Virus record (IMG/VR): IMGVR_UViG_3300033141_003979
Span: 1-64,000 of that record
Origin: a virus
DNA: 64,000 nucleotides
Direction: 5' to 3' (one strand)
Position 1 is the stretch's first letter. Every line of letters begins with the position of its first letter. A model generated the notes under the pieces. That model had not been told where the DNA came from. It searched no databases and worked only from the letters and a program-made list of their open reading frames with translations. A program made the translations under genes and the position numbers. Shown piece after piece: positions 18,386 to 28,987 of this stretch.

Positions 18386-19150
18386 TTATGCTGGTTGTTT
18401 AAATCCTATACCAAAACCATCTGCATTAAATCCACCTCCCAAGTTAACATTAAATCCCAAACCAAATCCTTGGCTAAAACAACCTTCTAGATGACTCTCT
18501 GTTTCAGATGGCAACGAATCAAAACCTGGGCCAAATCCTATCCCATATTCAGGACCATCAAAGTCATAGATCAAAACAGTGTGCCCTGGTTTTAACTTAT
18601 TAAAGGTACAAATCATCGACTCTGTGCCAGGCAAATATGACAGTGGATCTCCTGACTCACTACTCCCGCTAAGAAAATAAACAATATTGCCACTACCAAT
18701 AGTAATTGTAATTTTCCAGTAAAATATAGTTTCTTGATCCCCGCATGGCTCTCCCGATCCCATAACACCACACCAAAATGGGCTATATTCTGTGATAGTT
18801 ATTGTCCAACCAAAAGCTGTGGCAAGCTCTATAAAGTATGCCGGATTCTGTTGACCTAATGCAATCAGTTTGCTGTGGACTGCTAGTCTCCTTTCTTGTA
18901 TTGTTTCCCCTTCTGGAGAGCATTCATCAGGCAATCCCAAATCATTTTCATGGTCAATCAATAATTCTGATGTATATCGGGTGTCCCTCTCTTGAAGCAA
19001 ATCATCTGAGCGCTCATCTACATGAGCAAATTCCTCCGCATCTCCATGCAGAAATTCAGCCGATGTTGATCCTTCATCTCTTGTCCATGCTTTGCCCTTT
19101 GGCAAAAGAGATTGTAGCTCTCTGAGATAATCAATTACTGTTTTTGCCAT
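18386..19150 (-). CDS. Baseplate protein (Mu gp48/YmfQ-like)
   Basis: LQSLLPKGKAW, ENDLGLPDEC, YFIELA, KLKPGHT; synteny. Confidence 0.88.
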   Translation of the reverse strand: MAKTVIDYLRELQSLLPKGKAWTRDEGSTSAEFLHGDAEEFAHVDERSDDLLQERDTRYTSELLIDHENDLGLPDECSPEGETIQERRLAVHSKLIALGQQNPAYFIELATAFGWTITITEYSPFWCGVMGSGEPCGDQETIFYWKITITIGSGNIVYFLSGSSESGDPLSYLPGTESMICTFNKLKPGHTVLIYDFDGPEYGIGFGPGFDSLPSETESHLEGCFSQGFGLGFNVNLGGGFNADGFGIGFKQPA

Positions 19151-20244
19151 TAGTAATCACCAAAAGTTACTGTGCCAAACGTATGAATTTGATTTGTTGC
19201 CGCCGTTGTGTCTGCTACTGGAGAGTCCAACCTATGCCTAACTTCATCGGCAGCTAAACTGATTGCTTCACTAATCCTTGATATATACAATGTTTCTCCT
19301 GGCCCCCCATCTCGCAAAACTAAATCCTCCAGATTTGCCTCTATTGCTGCTCGAACCGCGGCCGTATTAGGGGATATATCAACTTCAAAATTAACTGTTA
19401 ATGCAGTCATCTCAATCATAAACAATCCAGGCTCTGCTGTTACAGGGCACCCCACAATCTGCCCGGTTCCAGGATCTTCATGTTCCACGATGTACTCGCG
19501 TACTGTTGCTCTTTGAATGGCATTCGGAATAATAACGAGATCATCATCACAGGCAAAGGCAATCCCGATTGTCCCAATACCTTGATATAAGGGAAAAGAC
19601 CAGGACCGTGTTGCTCCTGAAACTTCCAGTGCCCAAGTCTCATAATCGAAATACGCTCCACCATGTGGTGGTTGCCTCTTTCTTGTCAAGAGTCTCTCTC
19701 GCAGATCATCATCACTTTCCTCATCCGCCCCGCCTGAGATTCCATCTGCATCAACAGTTACAGAAGTATTGACCCCTGCAATCGGGCTGACAAAGGTCAA
19801 GGTAATTCCCACATCATCATCTCCATCCTCTCCAGCCACAGAAGCAGTAAAGTCTAATGTCGCTGTGCCTCCTGCAATTGTCTCTTCATCATCTATTGTA
19901 TAAATCTGATCATCAGTAGAGAATAATTCACTGCCTGCTGGTATGACCACTCCATTAGTACCCGTTACTGTCCCACTACCTGTAGCCGCCGCGGCTGCCT
20001 TACGGGGAATGCCATACTCAGATGAATGGGCTTCAAGACCAGCCTCATCTGCCGTTGAAACAAACAACTGACGGGCCTGAAAATCTAAGTACTCATAAAG
20101 TAGATGAAAGGCTCCTGCATTCACTCGGGCAATAACAGCCAACACGGATCGCCGCAAGAGAGAGGTTGCCCCAGTAATTCTAGTTTCAAAATCTGAAGTT
20201 ATTCTATCCACAATTTCTTGCAAACTACTTCTGGTAAATGGCAT
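19150..20244 (-). CDS. Baseplate J / Mu gp47 wedge protein
   Basis: GGADEESDDDLRERLL..PPHGGAYFDYETWALEV. Confidence 0.92.
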   Translation of the reverse strand: MPFTRSSLQEIVDRITSDFETRITGATSLLRRSVLAVIARVNAGAFHLLYEYLDFQARQLFVSTADEAGLEAHSSEYGIPRKAAAAATGSGTVTGTNGVVIPAGSELFSTDDQIYTIDDEETIAGGTATLDFTASVAGEDGDDDVGITLTFVSPIAGVNTSVTVDADGISGGADEESDDDLRERLLTRKRQPPHGGAYFDYETWALEVSGATRSWSFPLYQGIGTIGIAFACDDDLVIIPNAIQRATVREYIVEHEDPGTGQIVGCPVTAEPGLFMIEMTALTVNFEVDISPNTAAVRAAIEANLEDLVLRDGGPGETLYISRISEAISLAADEVRHRLDSPVADTTAATNQIHTFGTVTFGDY

Positions 20245-20247
20245 AAT

Positions 20248-20736
20248 TTATCCCTTCAATGATTGAGCATTCCATTGTGCCGAATATTTAAATGGGACTA
20301 TAGAACCATCCGGTCTATACACCTTCACTGAAATAGCCAAAATATCAGACCCAACAGGACCTTGTCTTTCACTTTCAACATCTACCTTTTCTGCTACCCC
20401 GTCTTCTATTAACCATGCCAGTGCTTCGGTTGCGTATTCTTTTGCCCGCACCAATACGTTTTCTGTTGTCTTTTCTCTTTCTAAAAGCCATAATCTTGAT
20501 CCTATTTGGTCTCTTGCTACTTCAGGAGAGGCTAGATCACCCCACCACCCACGTCTATCTGAATTGTTTGGATCAGGCAATACATCATCTTCTTTCGCCC
20601 TGCGGTCTGAAAATAGGCTAATGATCACAGCCGTCTCAAGTCCTGCATCCGATTGAAAGTCTTGAAAAGTTGCATCGAAGACAAAATCCCCTTCCTGTAA
20701 AACATCATTCCAAACAATTTGAATATCGTTAGGCAT
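20248..20736 (-). CDS. Mu gp46-like baseplate protein
   Basis: LETAVIISLFSDRRA, RRGWWGD, IGSRLWLLEREK. Confidence 0.92.
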   Translation of the reverse strand: MPNDIQIVWNDVLQEGDFVFDATFQDFQSDAGLETAVIISLFSDRRAKEDDVLPDPNNSDRRGWWGDLASPEVARDQIGSRLWLLEREKTTENVLVRAKEYATEALAWLIEDGVAEKVDVESERQGPVGSDILAISVKVYRPDGSIVPFKYSAQWNAQSLKG

Positions 20737-21404
20737 TACTCTCCTCTAACCTTAGTGGTTGCATGAGTCGCTATAACACCAAGGACTGTTGGTACTTCTG
20801 TCTCATCTTGTACATCACCATTGTTATCATTCCCTTGTGCATGGGTATGGGTATTAAATAAAGTAATAAAATCTTCATGAACCATTTTCTTCAAGGCGGC
20901 CCAACCGGATTCACCCAGAGAAATTTTAGGACAATCAACAATATGTTCAATTGTATTGATATGGGCCTCAGAAGGAGTTGTAATAGATTTGCTGGTATCT
21001 TGTATCTCGGTTACTTTATCCCCTTTAATATCAAAAATCCGATCTCTTTTGAGGTGAATATGAAAATCCCCTGGACTTGTATCTTCATCTGTATATAGCA
21101 TTACTTCGCCTGCAACTAAATTAGTAGGGCGATAGCGGCGATCATGAACTACTAAAGCAATGCCATGATCTCGATTACCATTTAGAAAACCAATAAAAAC
21201 TTCTGCTTCATCATGTGGAAATGTTTCAAAGCCATATTCTTGAAATCGTTCTATATCACTTATCGTTTCATTACTTAATGCCGTAACTTGTATCTTTTGT
21301 GTACCTTCAGCATTTTCAACTAATCTCAATATTGCACGGCCTAACAGCAAAAATATCTTCTTTTGCAATGGAGCGATAAGTCGTTTGAAATCAGAGAGAA
21401 GCAC
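20736..21404 (-). CDS. Baseplate spike (Mu gp45/gpV-like)
   Basis: ERFQEYGF, DRRYRP.L..GEVMLY, C-terminal HTH metal motif. Confidence 0.88.
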   Translation of the reverse strand: MLLSDFKRLIAPLQKKIFLLLGRAILRLVENAEGTQKIQVTALSNETISDIERFQEYGFETFPHDEAEVFIGFLNGNRDHGIALVVHDRRYRPTNLVAGEVMLYTDEDTSPGDFHIHLKRDRIFDIKGDKVTEIQDTSKSITTPSEAHINTIEHIVDCPKISLGESGWAALKKMVHEDFITLFNTHTHAQGNDNNGDVQDETEVPTVLGVIATHATTKVRGE

Positions 21405-22508
21405 TTATTTTACCCTCGCTCTAGCTTTACTTCGCCAATCCGCCTTAGTCGTCACTGTTTCGGTTTCTTCTGCTGGTTGAGGCTCAAAGGTTTTTGGGTC
21501 TACCATCACTAACTTTGTAATTTTACCTGAACTATCATCTAGACTGAATATAACAGCCGCTATAAGCAATGTTCCATCAATTCCTAAAAAAGAATCCTTT
21601 ACTCTTGCTAAAGAATTAAGGGGCCAAACAACTCCATTTGATTGTGTCCATCCCTGTACTTCATATTCAAGCATACGAGATGTACCTTCTCTATTTGATC
21701 TTTCCCATCCAGCCCTCTTCAAACAAATCCCTTTAGTAGTTAACCCTTGAGCAAAAATAACAATCGGCCTATATCTTTCAATTACATTATCAACGACCCT
21801 CCCAACCGGTTCAGAAGAATCTCTAGTCGTTTTTTTATCTTTACCAAGCCCTTGCCCTTTAATGATATAAGTTTTGAAACGATCTTTATTTGACTGTTCA
21901 ATATTTCCTAATTTAACATTCTTCCCCAATTCTAAGGTATCATAAGTATGAGTTGTGCCAGCACGAGTCAACACTAATTTTCCATCTCCATAACTGACAA
22001 AAAGAATCCCTGTATCTTTACACAATCTTAAAATTGAATCAAAAATAGTTTCTCCTTCATTAACCTTAAATGTATTATCTGCCGTTTTAGTATTGGTCTC
22101 AGCAGCTACCGAATCATCAATCACAATATCAATATCAAATGGAGCACATAAGACTCGGATTATCTTGCCGATTGTTTGCCCATCCCATTTATTAGGAGAT
22201 TCAACAAAAGAACAATCAACAAGATCCCCTGTTTTATCTCTCCCTCCTACCTGAATTTCATGACTATTGCTATCATAAGAAATTGGAATATCTTCTACAT
22301 AACCAGTTATAATTGTCTGCCCATTAATTTCTACTGTACAAGCATCCCCTAAAGCAAATTCATATTTATCAAAACTATCCGGGAATCTAGCTGTAGTAGC
22401 AAGACCAAAAGCACCTGTAATCTGGAATAAGGATTTTTCCACCATTACACGCTTCCACCCGGTAAATACCTTACCTTCAACCTTCAATACAATTTCATTA
22501 CTACTCAC
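21405..22508 (-). CDS. Baseplate hub (Mu gp44/gpP-like)
   Basis: GRDKTGDLVDCS, YEVQGWTQ..G.VWPLN. Confidence 0.9.
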   Translation of the reverse strand: MSSNEIVLKVEGKVFTGWKRVMVEKSLFQITGAFGLATTARFPDSFDKYEFALGDACTVEINGQTIITGYVEDIPISYDSNSHEIQVGGRDKTGDLVDCSFVESPNKWDGQTIGKIIRVLCAPFDIDIVIDDSVAAETNTKTADNTFKVNEGETIFDSILRLCKDTGILFVSYGDGKLVLTRAGTTHTYDTLELGKNVKLGNIEQSNKDRFKTYIIKGQGLGKDKKTTRDSSEPVGRVVDNVIERYRPIVIFAQGLTTKGICLKRAGWERSNREGTSRMLEYEVQGWTQSNGVVWPLNSLARVKDSFLGIDGTLLIAAVIFSLDDSSGKITKLVMVDPKTFEPQPAEETETVTTKADWRSKARARVK

Positions 22509-23985
22509 TCAAAATCTCCAATTCCTTTCCTTGAGGAAGAAATCCAGGATTTTTTACCAACGGAATGTTTCTTGAAATGATTTCCGATTCCCTACCAAGA
22601 TCTTCATATTGATTATATGCCAAAGTTAAACTTGATAATATAACTGGTGGAACTTCATAATTAACTATTCTAGCTAAATCAGCCCCGACTTTAACCATAG
22701 ATTCTACAAAAACGGCCCTAAGAGATGTTAAGGCATTATAACTACCCGGATCAGCCACATTGATATTATAAGCGGCATATTCTGTATTAGCCGCATCATT
22801 ACCTAGTTTTAAAATCAAATCATCTAAAGCAGCAATCACTTCATTCAAAACCTCTATTGCACTGTCATAACTGCTATACCCAATACGAATTGCCGTTCTC
22901 GCCGCCGTGGTTATTGCAGTAACTCTTGCTATATTGATCGTTGCTTCCAAGTTTGCTGCCTGCCTTGCCCTAGTAGTTGTGCTTATTGATACTGCCTCCA
23001 AAGTACCTCCATACGGACTTGGATCATCACTTTCTCCTGTGACTTCTCCAAACCTCCTTATTGCTAATGCTGCTCTCACAGCTGACTTGCCTAAATTTTC
23101 ATCTATAACTGCCGGCTCAGACATTGTGCTGGCCTGGAAACCAGTGGTAGGAGTCTTCTCGACTTTTGCCCCAGAGAAAGGGCCTGCTGAAATCCCTCTT
23201 ACCATACTGCTGCAAGGGCCGAAAAGTTGACTGACTATTATATCACCATACATACCAGATAGGCTCAATAGCCCATTAAACATCCCAACTAGACCATTTC
23301 CCAACTCACAAGTTTGTCTTATAGTAGTGAGATTAATACCCGCCTTGGCTTCTGCCAAATGCACTAATGCTTTAGACATCATGGCAGGCCCTAACTTCTG
23401 AACCCCCCCCATTGCAGACCGCAACATAACATTGAGAGAATCAACGGCAGACATAATTGAGTTAGTAGAAAAATCAGGGGAATCAGTTGAATCATATTTC
23501 TTTCCAAACCCATCTATTGTATCACTTTGTGCATTTTTTACCGCATCATCAACTGCTTTTACAGGGATTGGGCCTGCCCAATCAAAACCAAATGGAGCTT
23601 CATGCTCTTCTGCCTTTACAAATACCATTGAGAAACGGGCAATGCCCCCTTCTCTAAATGACTCAGCAATACGAGCCTTGCCAAGCAAACTAACCATTTT
23701 TTCCCCATAAAAGGGATGAATCAGAATTCCTGGTCCGGATTTCTTCAATTCTTCAATAAGCAAATCACGATGAGCAAAATAATCCTGTTCATTTTCTGCA
23801 TTCTGAACAATGAAACCTTCTATTGAAAATTCATCTGTATCTAGCCCTAAATCTTCAACATAAACTTCATCCCGAAGCGGATATTGATGGACTACATTTC
23901 TGCGGCCAATAATTGTATCAGAAGAAACAACCTCAAACTTTGCTTTCCTAAAAGATGCTGGATGTAAATTATCTCTCCACGACAT
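22501..23985 (-). CDS. DNA circularisation protein (Mu gpN-like)
   Basis: MSWRDNLHPASFR, GRRNVVHQYP.RD..YVEDLG, GPGILIHPFYG. Confidence 0.9.
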   Translation of the reverse strand: MSWRDNLHPASFRKAKFEVVSSDTIIGRRNVVHQYPLRDEVYVEDLGLDTDEFSIEGFIVQNAENEQDYFAHRDLLIEELKKSGPGILIHPFYGEKMVSLLGKARIAESFREGGIARFSMVFVKAEEHEAPFGFDWAGPIPVKAVDDAVKNAQSDTIDGFGKKYDSTDSPDFSTNSIMSAVDSLNVMLRSAMGGVQKLGPAMMSKALVHLAEAKAGINLTTIRQTCELGNGLVGMFNGLLSLSGMYGDIIVSQLFGPCSSMVRGISAGPFSGAKVEKTPTTGFQASTMSEPAVIDENLGKSAVRAALAIRRFGEVTGESDDPSPYGGTLEAVSISTTTRARQAANLEATINIARVTAITTAARTAIRIGYSSYDSAIEVLNEVIAALDDLILKLGNDAANTEYAAYNINVADPGSYNALTSLRAVFVESMVKVGADLARIVNYEVPPVILSSLTLAYNQYEDLGRESEIISRNIPLVKNPGFLPQGKELEILSE

Positions 23986-23986
23986 T

Positions 23987-25744
23987 TTATTGCACCCCTA
24001 CAAAACCTGCTGTAGCTACATTTGGTTTAATATTTCCTCTTGATTTTATCGGCCCTATCTTAGCCATTGTCCCTTCCGCAGCCTCAACAACAACTGTTAT
24101 TAAAGTTTGAGATTTTTCTAAGGCTCGATTAACTGCTTTTTCCAAACCTTGTTGTAAGGCTCTTTCATGTGTTGCTTGTTCAAATAATTTTCTAGGAGGC
24201 CCCATCGGTTCCTTTTCTTCCTCCCATCCTAATCTCTTTTTGATAAATTTTGGCAACCACATTCCTGCTATCATATTCGTCCACTTTCTCATAATTTCTT
24301 TTATGATTATTCCAATTTCTTGCCCTAGAAATTTCCAATTCTCTCTTACCATTTTAATTACTTTTATCCATGCAAAAAAACCTGTAATAATAATGCCTGT
24401 GACTCCAAATTTCGAAGTTAAGATTTTTGTAAGAACCCCCCACCCTTTTGCCATCCAACCAAGACCTATCAATACTGGAGCAATAGCCGCGGCCAATCCC
24501 AAAAATCCTACAATTGTTAATTTGTTTATACTAGACAAACTCTCAAGCCAATCAATTACCGGCTTCAATTTATCAATAAGTTTATCAAGATATGGGATCA
24601 TTACATCACCATAAGCAGCCGCCAACTGCATAACACGATTTTTAAGCATTGATAATCGTGAAGCCATCGTTTTGTATCTAAGTTCAGCCTCTTTTGTTAA
24701 TGCAAGATTCTCTATCCACGCCTTGTTGCCTAATGCCATTGTTTTTCTAAACTTATCACCTGACCCCGATGCCCTTAACAAGGCATCTGACATCCGTATG
24801 CCCTTAAATCCCAACTCATCTAAAATAATATTAATGTTTTCCCCTTCTTTACCCATTGTTGCCAATCCTTCAATAACATCAAGAATAGCAAGCCCGGCAT
24901 TTTCTTCCCAATCTTTTTCAAACTGAGCTGTAGATTTACCAGATACCGAAGCAAAATCATCCATTTTTTGAGTACCAGTGCCAATCTCTTTATCAATCAG
25001 CCTCATGACTTTTGAGAAGGAAGTACCACCAGCCTCAGCCCTAATACCTACTGAACTCAACGAAGCAGAGAGGCTCATTATTTGTGCTTCCGTTAGCCCA
25101 ACTGTTTTACCTGCACCTGCAAGTCGCATCGCCATTTCAACAATTTCTGCTTCTGTTGTAGCTGTATTATTTCCAAGATCAACAATTGTAGATCCTAACC
25201 GTTCCATATCCCCAGCAGCCATTTCTGTAATGTTTGCAAATCGAGCAAGCTGCATAGCCGCATCTCTTGAAGTGAGATTTGTCGTTGCTCCTAGATCCGC
25301 CATGACCTTTGTAAAGCCAAGGATGTCCTGCTGTTTGATTCCTAACTGACCAGCCGCCTCAGCAATACCAAAAATTTCTTCAGTGGCAAGAGGGATTTCT
25401 AATGCCAAGGCCATCAATTCTTTTTTCAATACTGTAAATTCTTTCTCAGTAGCATCCACTGTTTTTCTTACACCAGTGAATGCACTCTCAAAATCAATAG
25501 CCGACTTGATTGCAAGTCCTCCCATTATAGTTAACGGCAAAGTCATCTTCAAGGCCATATCACGACCAACAGCCCCCATCTTCTTTCCGGCGGCGGAAAC
25601 TTTCTCACCTAACTTCTTAAACCCACGGGTAGCCTTGGCCACTGGAGCACTAAGTCTAGTAAGTGCAGTGCCAACTTTTTTAATTGGACCTGTAGCCTTA
25701 TCTATAACGCGAAAAAGAACACTGAGATCATAAGTTTTAGCCAT
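23987..25744 (-). CDS. Tail tape measure protein (TP901-type core, 585 aa)
   Basis: FESAFTGVRKTVD, AEAAGQLGI, RLGSTIVDLGNN.ATTE; position after the chaperone. Confidence 0.92.
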   Translation of the reverse strand: MAKTYDLSVLFRVIDKATGPIKKVGTALTRLSAPVAKATRGFKKLGEKVSAAGKKMGAVGRDMALKMTLPLTIMGGLAIKSAIDFESAFTGVRKTVDATEKEFTVLKKELMALALEIPLATEEIFGIAEAAGQLGIKQQDILGFTKVMADLGATTNLTSRDAAMQLARFANITEMAAGDMERLGSTIVDLGNNTATTEAEIVEMAMRLAGAGKTVGLTEAQIMSLSASLSSVGIRAEAGGTSFSKVMRLIDKEIGTGTQKMDDFASVSGKSTAQFEKDWEENAGLAILDVIEGLATMGKEGENINIILDELGFKGIRMSDALLRASGSGDKFRKTMALGNKAWIENLALTKEAELRYKTMASRLSMLKNRVMQLAAAYGDVMIPYLDKLIDKLKPVIDWLESLSSINKLTIVGFLGLAAAIAPVLIGLGWMAKGWGVLTKILTSKFGVTGIIITGFFAWIKVIKMVRENWKFLGQEIGIIIKEIMRKWTNMIAGMWLPKFIKKRLGWEEEKEPMGPPRKLFEQATHERALQQGLEKAVNRALEKSQTLITVVVEAAEGTMAKIGPIKSRGNIKPNVATAGFVGVQ

Positions 25745-25904
25745 CTATTTCACTCCCCATCCATTTAGCAACTTTACCAACTCCTTCGTTCCAAAACACG
25801 AGATCATCTATAGTCATTTCCCAGATCTCGTTAGGAGGAAACTTAAAAACATAAGCTATTCCCCAAATGACTTCCCTCCACCCGGAAGGAATTCCCCTAA
25901 AAAA
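25737..25904 (-). other. Programmed -1 frameshift site and extended chaperone segment (P2 gpE+E'-like)
   Basis: T TTT TTA slippery site at 25904-25898. The -1 frame reads ...WREVIWGIAYVFKFPPNEIWEMTIDDLVFWNE... to TAA at 25737. Confidence 0.82.
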
Positions 25905-26167
25905 GATTCCAAATCCTCCGCAAATGTCATCAAGTCTTCAAGATCCAATTCATCAACAGACGATTCCGGAAGATCGGCAATAGCAGCAATCAGAGGAATT
26001 AATTCTGCTGGTTCAACCTTCCCTTCCCTTTCCTCAAAATCTTTCGGCAATGCCCTCAGATGTTTTGCCTTGAGGCGGCCAAGTTTCAACTGACTTACCT
26101 CAACTATCCCTCCACCTTCCTTAGGCACAGGGATTGGATATTTCAGTTCAATGATTTTTTCATCCAT
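25856..26167 (-). CDS. Tail assembly chaperone (short form)
   Basis: IELKYPI, L.LGRLKAKHLR, ELDLED; lies between tube and tape measure. Confidence 0.85.
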   Translation of the reverse strand: MDEKIIELKYPIPVPKEGGGIVEVSQLKLGRLKAKHLRALPKDFEEREGKVEPAELIPLIAAIADLPESSVDELDLEDLMTFAEDLESFLGEFLPGGGKSFGE

Positions 26168-26179
26168 CTTGTTTTACCT

Positions 26180-26575
26180 CTATGTTTCACTTTTCGTCTC
26201 AGTCCAGAAAGGCCCTTCAAATATGAGTGGGGTTTCTCCCTCTCCACCAGTTATAGTAAAGTTACGAAGACAAGTTGCTTCTGCAAGAGTATATTCCTTC
26301 CCCCCACCAGCCGCTCTAAAAATAACCGTAGCTTTGCCAATAGGTATCGATGCAAAATCAGTCAACATAATGTCATCACGATCAGTCACAGTAACTTCAC
26401 AACGGGCTGTTATTGGGGTCTCAGTATAGCCATGCGGGCCACTATCCCCCATCACAGCTGCCAATTCATAATTGTGCTGTCCGCTTATGCCTATGCCACT
26501 AGCAACTGCACCAGCTTTATTTAAAAGTAAATCTCCATTGACAACTACTTCAATTCTTCCTGTTATTTTTGCCAT
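26180..26575 (-). CDS. Tail tube protein (Mu gpM-like)
   Basis: AVMGDSGPHGYTETP; follows the sheath gene. Confidence 0.85.
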   Translation of the reverse strand: MAKITGRIEVVVNGDLLLNKAGAVASGIGISGQHNYELAAVMGDSGPHGYTETPITARCEVTVTDRDDIMLTDFASIPIGKATVIFRAAGGGKEYTLAEATCLRNFTITGGEGETPLIFEGPFWTETKSET

Positions 26576-26604
26576 TGACTCAACCCTCCTTTCATCCTTT
26601 TATC

Positions 26605-28155
26605 CTACAAAATAAACTGAATGTTTGCCGCCAATACCCTGAATTGATTGATTAAATCGCTTGGAAGAAGCACATTCACACGGTTCCTGTCTGCCAAATC
26701 CCTCTCCACAACCAGATTATCAATGAATTCATCAAGATTTTCAATGAGCCCTTTATCTCTCAGTAATGTAAACAGAGCAATTGTCTCCGACCGCACTGTT
26801 TTTGGAGTAGCTACTTTGCTCCCAGGCTGGACAGGGAAAGTATCATCAGCCAATTTAAACCTCGGAATGATGAACCTGTTAACCATCCGCACTTTATACT
26901 GGTAACGGATCTCTGACAATGTTGCCAGCGTTTGAATATCCAGATAGCTAGGATCAGGCAATCCCAAAGCATTTGACTGATAGGAAGTAATACTTCGCTC
27001 AATCAATACATTACCCCCACTATCCACCCTGGAAGTTGCTATGCCATCATATAGCAAGGTATCTCTCTCAGACCGAATGAATCTATCTGCAACGGGCGGA
27101 GGCAAAATGCCTTTCAGCTTCAAAAAATGCAATGGTCTTGCCGGATCATTATTCAGATTCCAAGCTGCTACAGCTCCCCATGCCGCAGCCCATTCTTCTG
27201 ACGTATTCGGAGAATTTTCTACTCCTACAATCGTATTATGAGGACTATTACGTGCGTTGCCTGTGCTGGTTAATCCAGCATGGCTATCTACGGTTGCCGT
27301 AAACGCATGCCCTTGCAAATCCTCAAGTGGCAGGAATCTGTCATCAAGCTCTGTTTCAATCCTTGCCATATTGGCTGTTTCCCAATACGGTTGAATGATA
27401 TAATGGAATTGTTCATCCGCTATCACTGCCCATGCATCAGCAAGAGTAGGATTAGTTGCCCCTCCAGCGAATGAATCATAAAAGGATTTAACACCGGCAG
27501 CGCCCGACCCTCTCAAAAATCCTGCTACCGCAGCGCTCCATGAAAACACAGACGGAATCCCATAACCATAATAGTCTTCTTGGAAGCTGATAAAATTGCC
27601 GAGCGTGCCAGAATTGACAGCACTAAAATCCACTCTGCCATCACTTGTTCCATTTATTGCAGCTACAACTGGAAGAGTAGAGATAGCATTAACTAAAGAG
27701 ACAACAGTAGTCGCAATTGATGCCCCTGATTGATTAGAAACAATCGGCACTTCAATCTCAGTGCCATTAATCATAAAACGGTATGTATAATCCGCCGAGG
27801 CAGTTTCATCAACCATAGCCCCTGAAAAATCAAGTTTAGCTTCTGCCGCAGTCCCAGCAATTCCGCTACCCAAGGCAACAGCATATAACTCGGTGTTAGG
27901 ATTGTTCTCCTTAAACTTATTACACATACGGGCCAGAACAGAACCAGCCCCAAAATAACCATCCGCTAGATTGTCCCTTGTGATTGCCATCAGGGTATCA
28001 AACGCGGCAGTACCAGCTGTAGAAAGCTTCTGCCCGATAATCAATGCCTTATGAGGATTTTGGATAAGGCCTTTCAATGCCCTAGAATTATCAATCTCCA
28101 CATAGACCCCCGGCGTCCGGATATCTGCGGGAATATTGTTAAATGAAATCGCCAT
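26605..28155 (-). CDS. Contractile tail sheath (Mu gpL-like)
   Basis: ISFNNIPADIRTPGVYVEIDNS, DPARPL, ERDTLLYDGIAT, DLINQFRVLA. Confidence 0.95.
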   Translation of the reverse strand: MAISFNNIPADIRTPGVYVEIDNSRALKGLIQNPHKALIIGQKLSTAGTAAFDTLMAITRDNLADGYFGAGSVLARMCNKFKENNPNTELYAVALGSGIAGTAAEAKLDFSGAMVDETASADYTYRFMINGTEIEVPIVSNQSGASIATTVVSLVNAISTLPVVAAINGTSDGRVDFSAVNSGTLGNFISFQEDYYGYGIPSVFSWSAAVAGFLRGSGAAGVKSFYDSFAGGATNPTLADAWAVIADEQFHYIIQPYWETANMARIETELDDRFLPLEDLQGHAFTATVDSHAGLTSTGNARNSPHNTIVGVENSPNTSEEWAAAWGAVAAWNLNNDPARPLHFLKLKGILPPPVADRFIRSERDTLLYDGIATSRVDSGGNVLIERSITSYQSNALGLPDPSYLDIQTLATLSEIRYQYKVRMVNRFIIPRFKLADDTFPVQPGSKVATPKTVRSETIALFTLLRDKGLIENLDEFIDNLVVERDLADRNRVNVLLPSDLINQFRVLAANIQFIL

Positions 28156-28987
28156 GATGCATCCCTCCTTCTTGTTTTAATTTTTCAAGATATCTGATAC
28201 CACCGAGGCGATTCTTATTCCTTTTCTTTGCCTCAGATAATTTTCTTTTGTGCTCATCAGAAAACACCCTCCCTAAATTATACTTATTTCCACGATGAAT
28301 ATCAGCAATTAATTTTTTCGTTTCCTCGGTGTGATATTTGCCATAAAAAGAATTATCTTTTCCCATCCCTTTCCCCTTGTGTATATCAGGCAATCTCTTT
28401 CTATGTTCTTCAGAAAACTTCTTGCCATAGTGATGATTCTTTTCACCTACCATAGCAGCAGACATTTTTCTTTTTGTTTCATCGCTTGCCTTTCTTCCCT
28501 TCTGAATCCTAGATATCCCTTCCCTCCTTTCAACTGTCATTGCCTTTTTACATGACTTAGATATTTTCTTTCTTGATTCTTCAGAATGAAACTTGCCTTT
28601 GAACGGATTAGAATTATTTTTGAAATATTCCTTGAGAGTGTCAGAAATTCTTTCTCTAATTTCCTCAGAAGGAGAAACACCTTTATTCCACCCTCCGATC
28701 TCACTGTTACCATCTCCTCCATCAGTAAGATTATATCCATGAGGGGTTTTAGTATTCAAAAATTTGATATAATATTTCTCTTTCTCGCAAGCATTCTGCC
28801 AATTCTCTACTCTTTCTATCAAACAGAAAGAAAAATTATCCTCTCCGTGTTTTCTTAATGCATTATAAACAATAAGGCTTCCATCTCCTTTTGTATGTTC
28901 TGCCCATCTTCTTTCTAAATCATTGGTAATTCCAACATAGCTCTTCCCGTTTATCTTATTAACTATCTGATAAACAGCAATTGCCAT
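28139..28987 (-). CDS. GIY-YIG homing endonuclease with NUMOD3 repeats
   Basis: VYQIVNKINGKSYVGIT..LERRW.EH, EKYYIK, GYNLTDGG, repeated HSEE.(R/K)KK(I/M)S. Confidence 0.92.
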   Translation of the reverse strand: MAIAVYQIVNKINGKSYVGITNDLERRWAEHTKGDGSLIVYNALRKHGEDNFSFCLIERVENWQNACEKEKYYIKFLNTKTPHGYNLTDGGDGNSEIGGWNKGVSPSEEIRERISDTLKEYFKNNSNPFKGKFHSEESRKKISKSCKKAMTVERREGISRIQKGRKASDETKRKMSAAMVGEKNHHYGKKFSEEHRKRLPDIHKGKGMGKDNSFYGKYHTEETKKLIADIHRGNKYNLGRVFSDEHKRKLSEAKKRNKNRLGGIRYLEKLKQEGGMHHGDFI

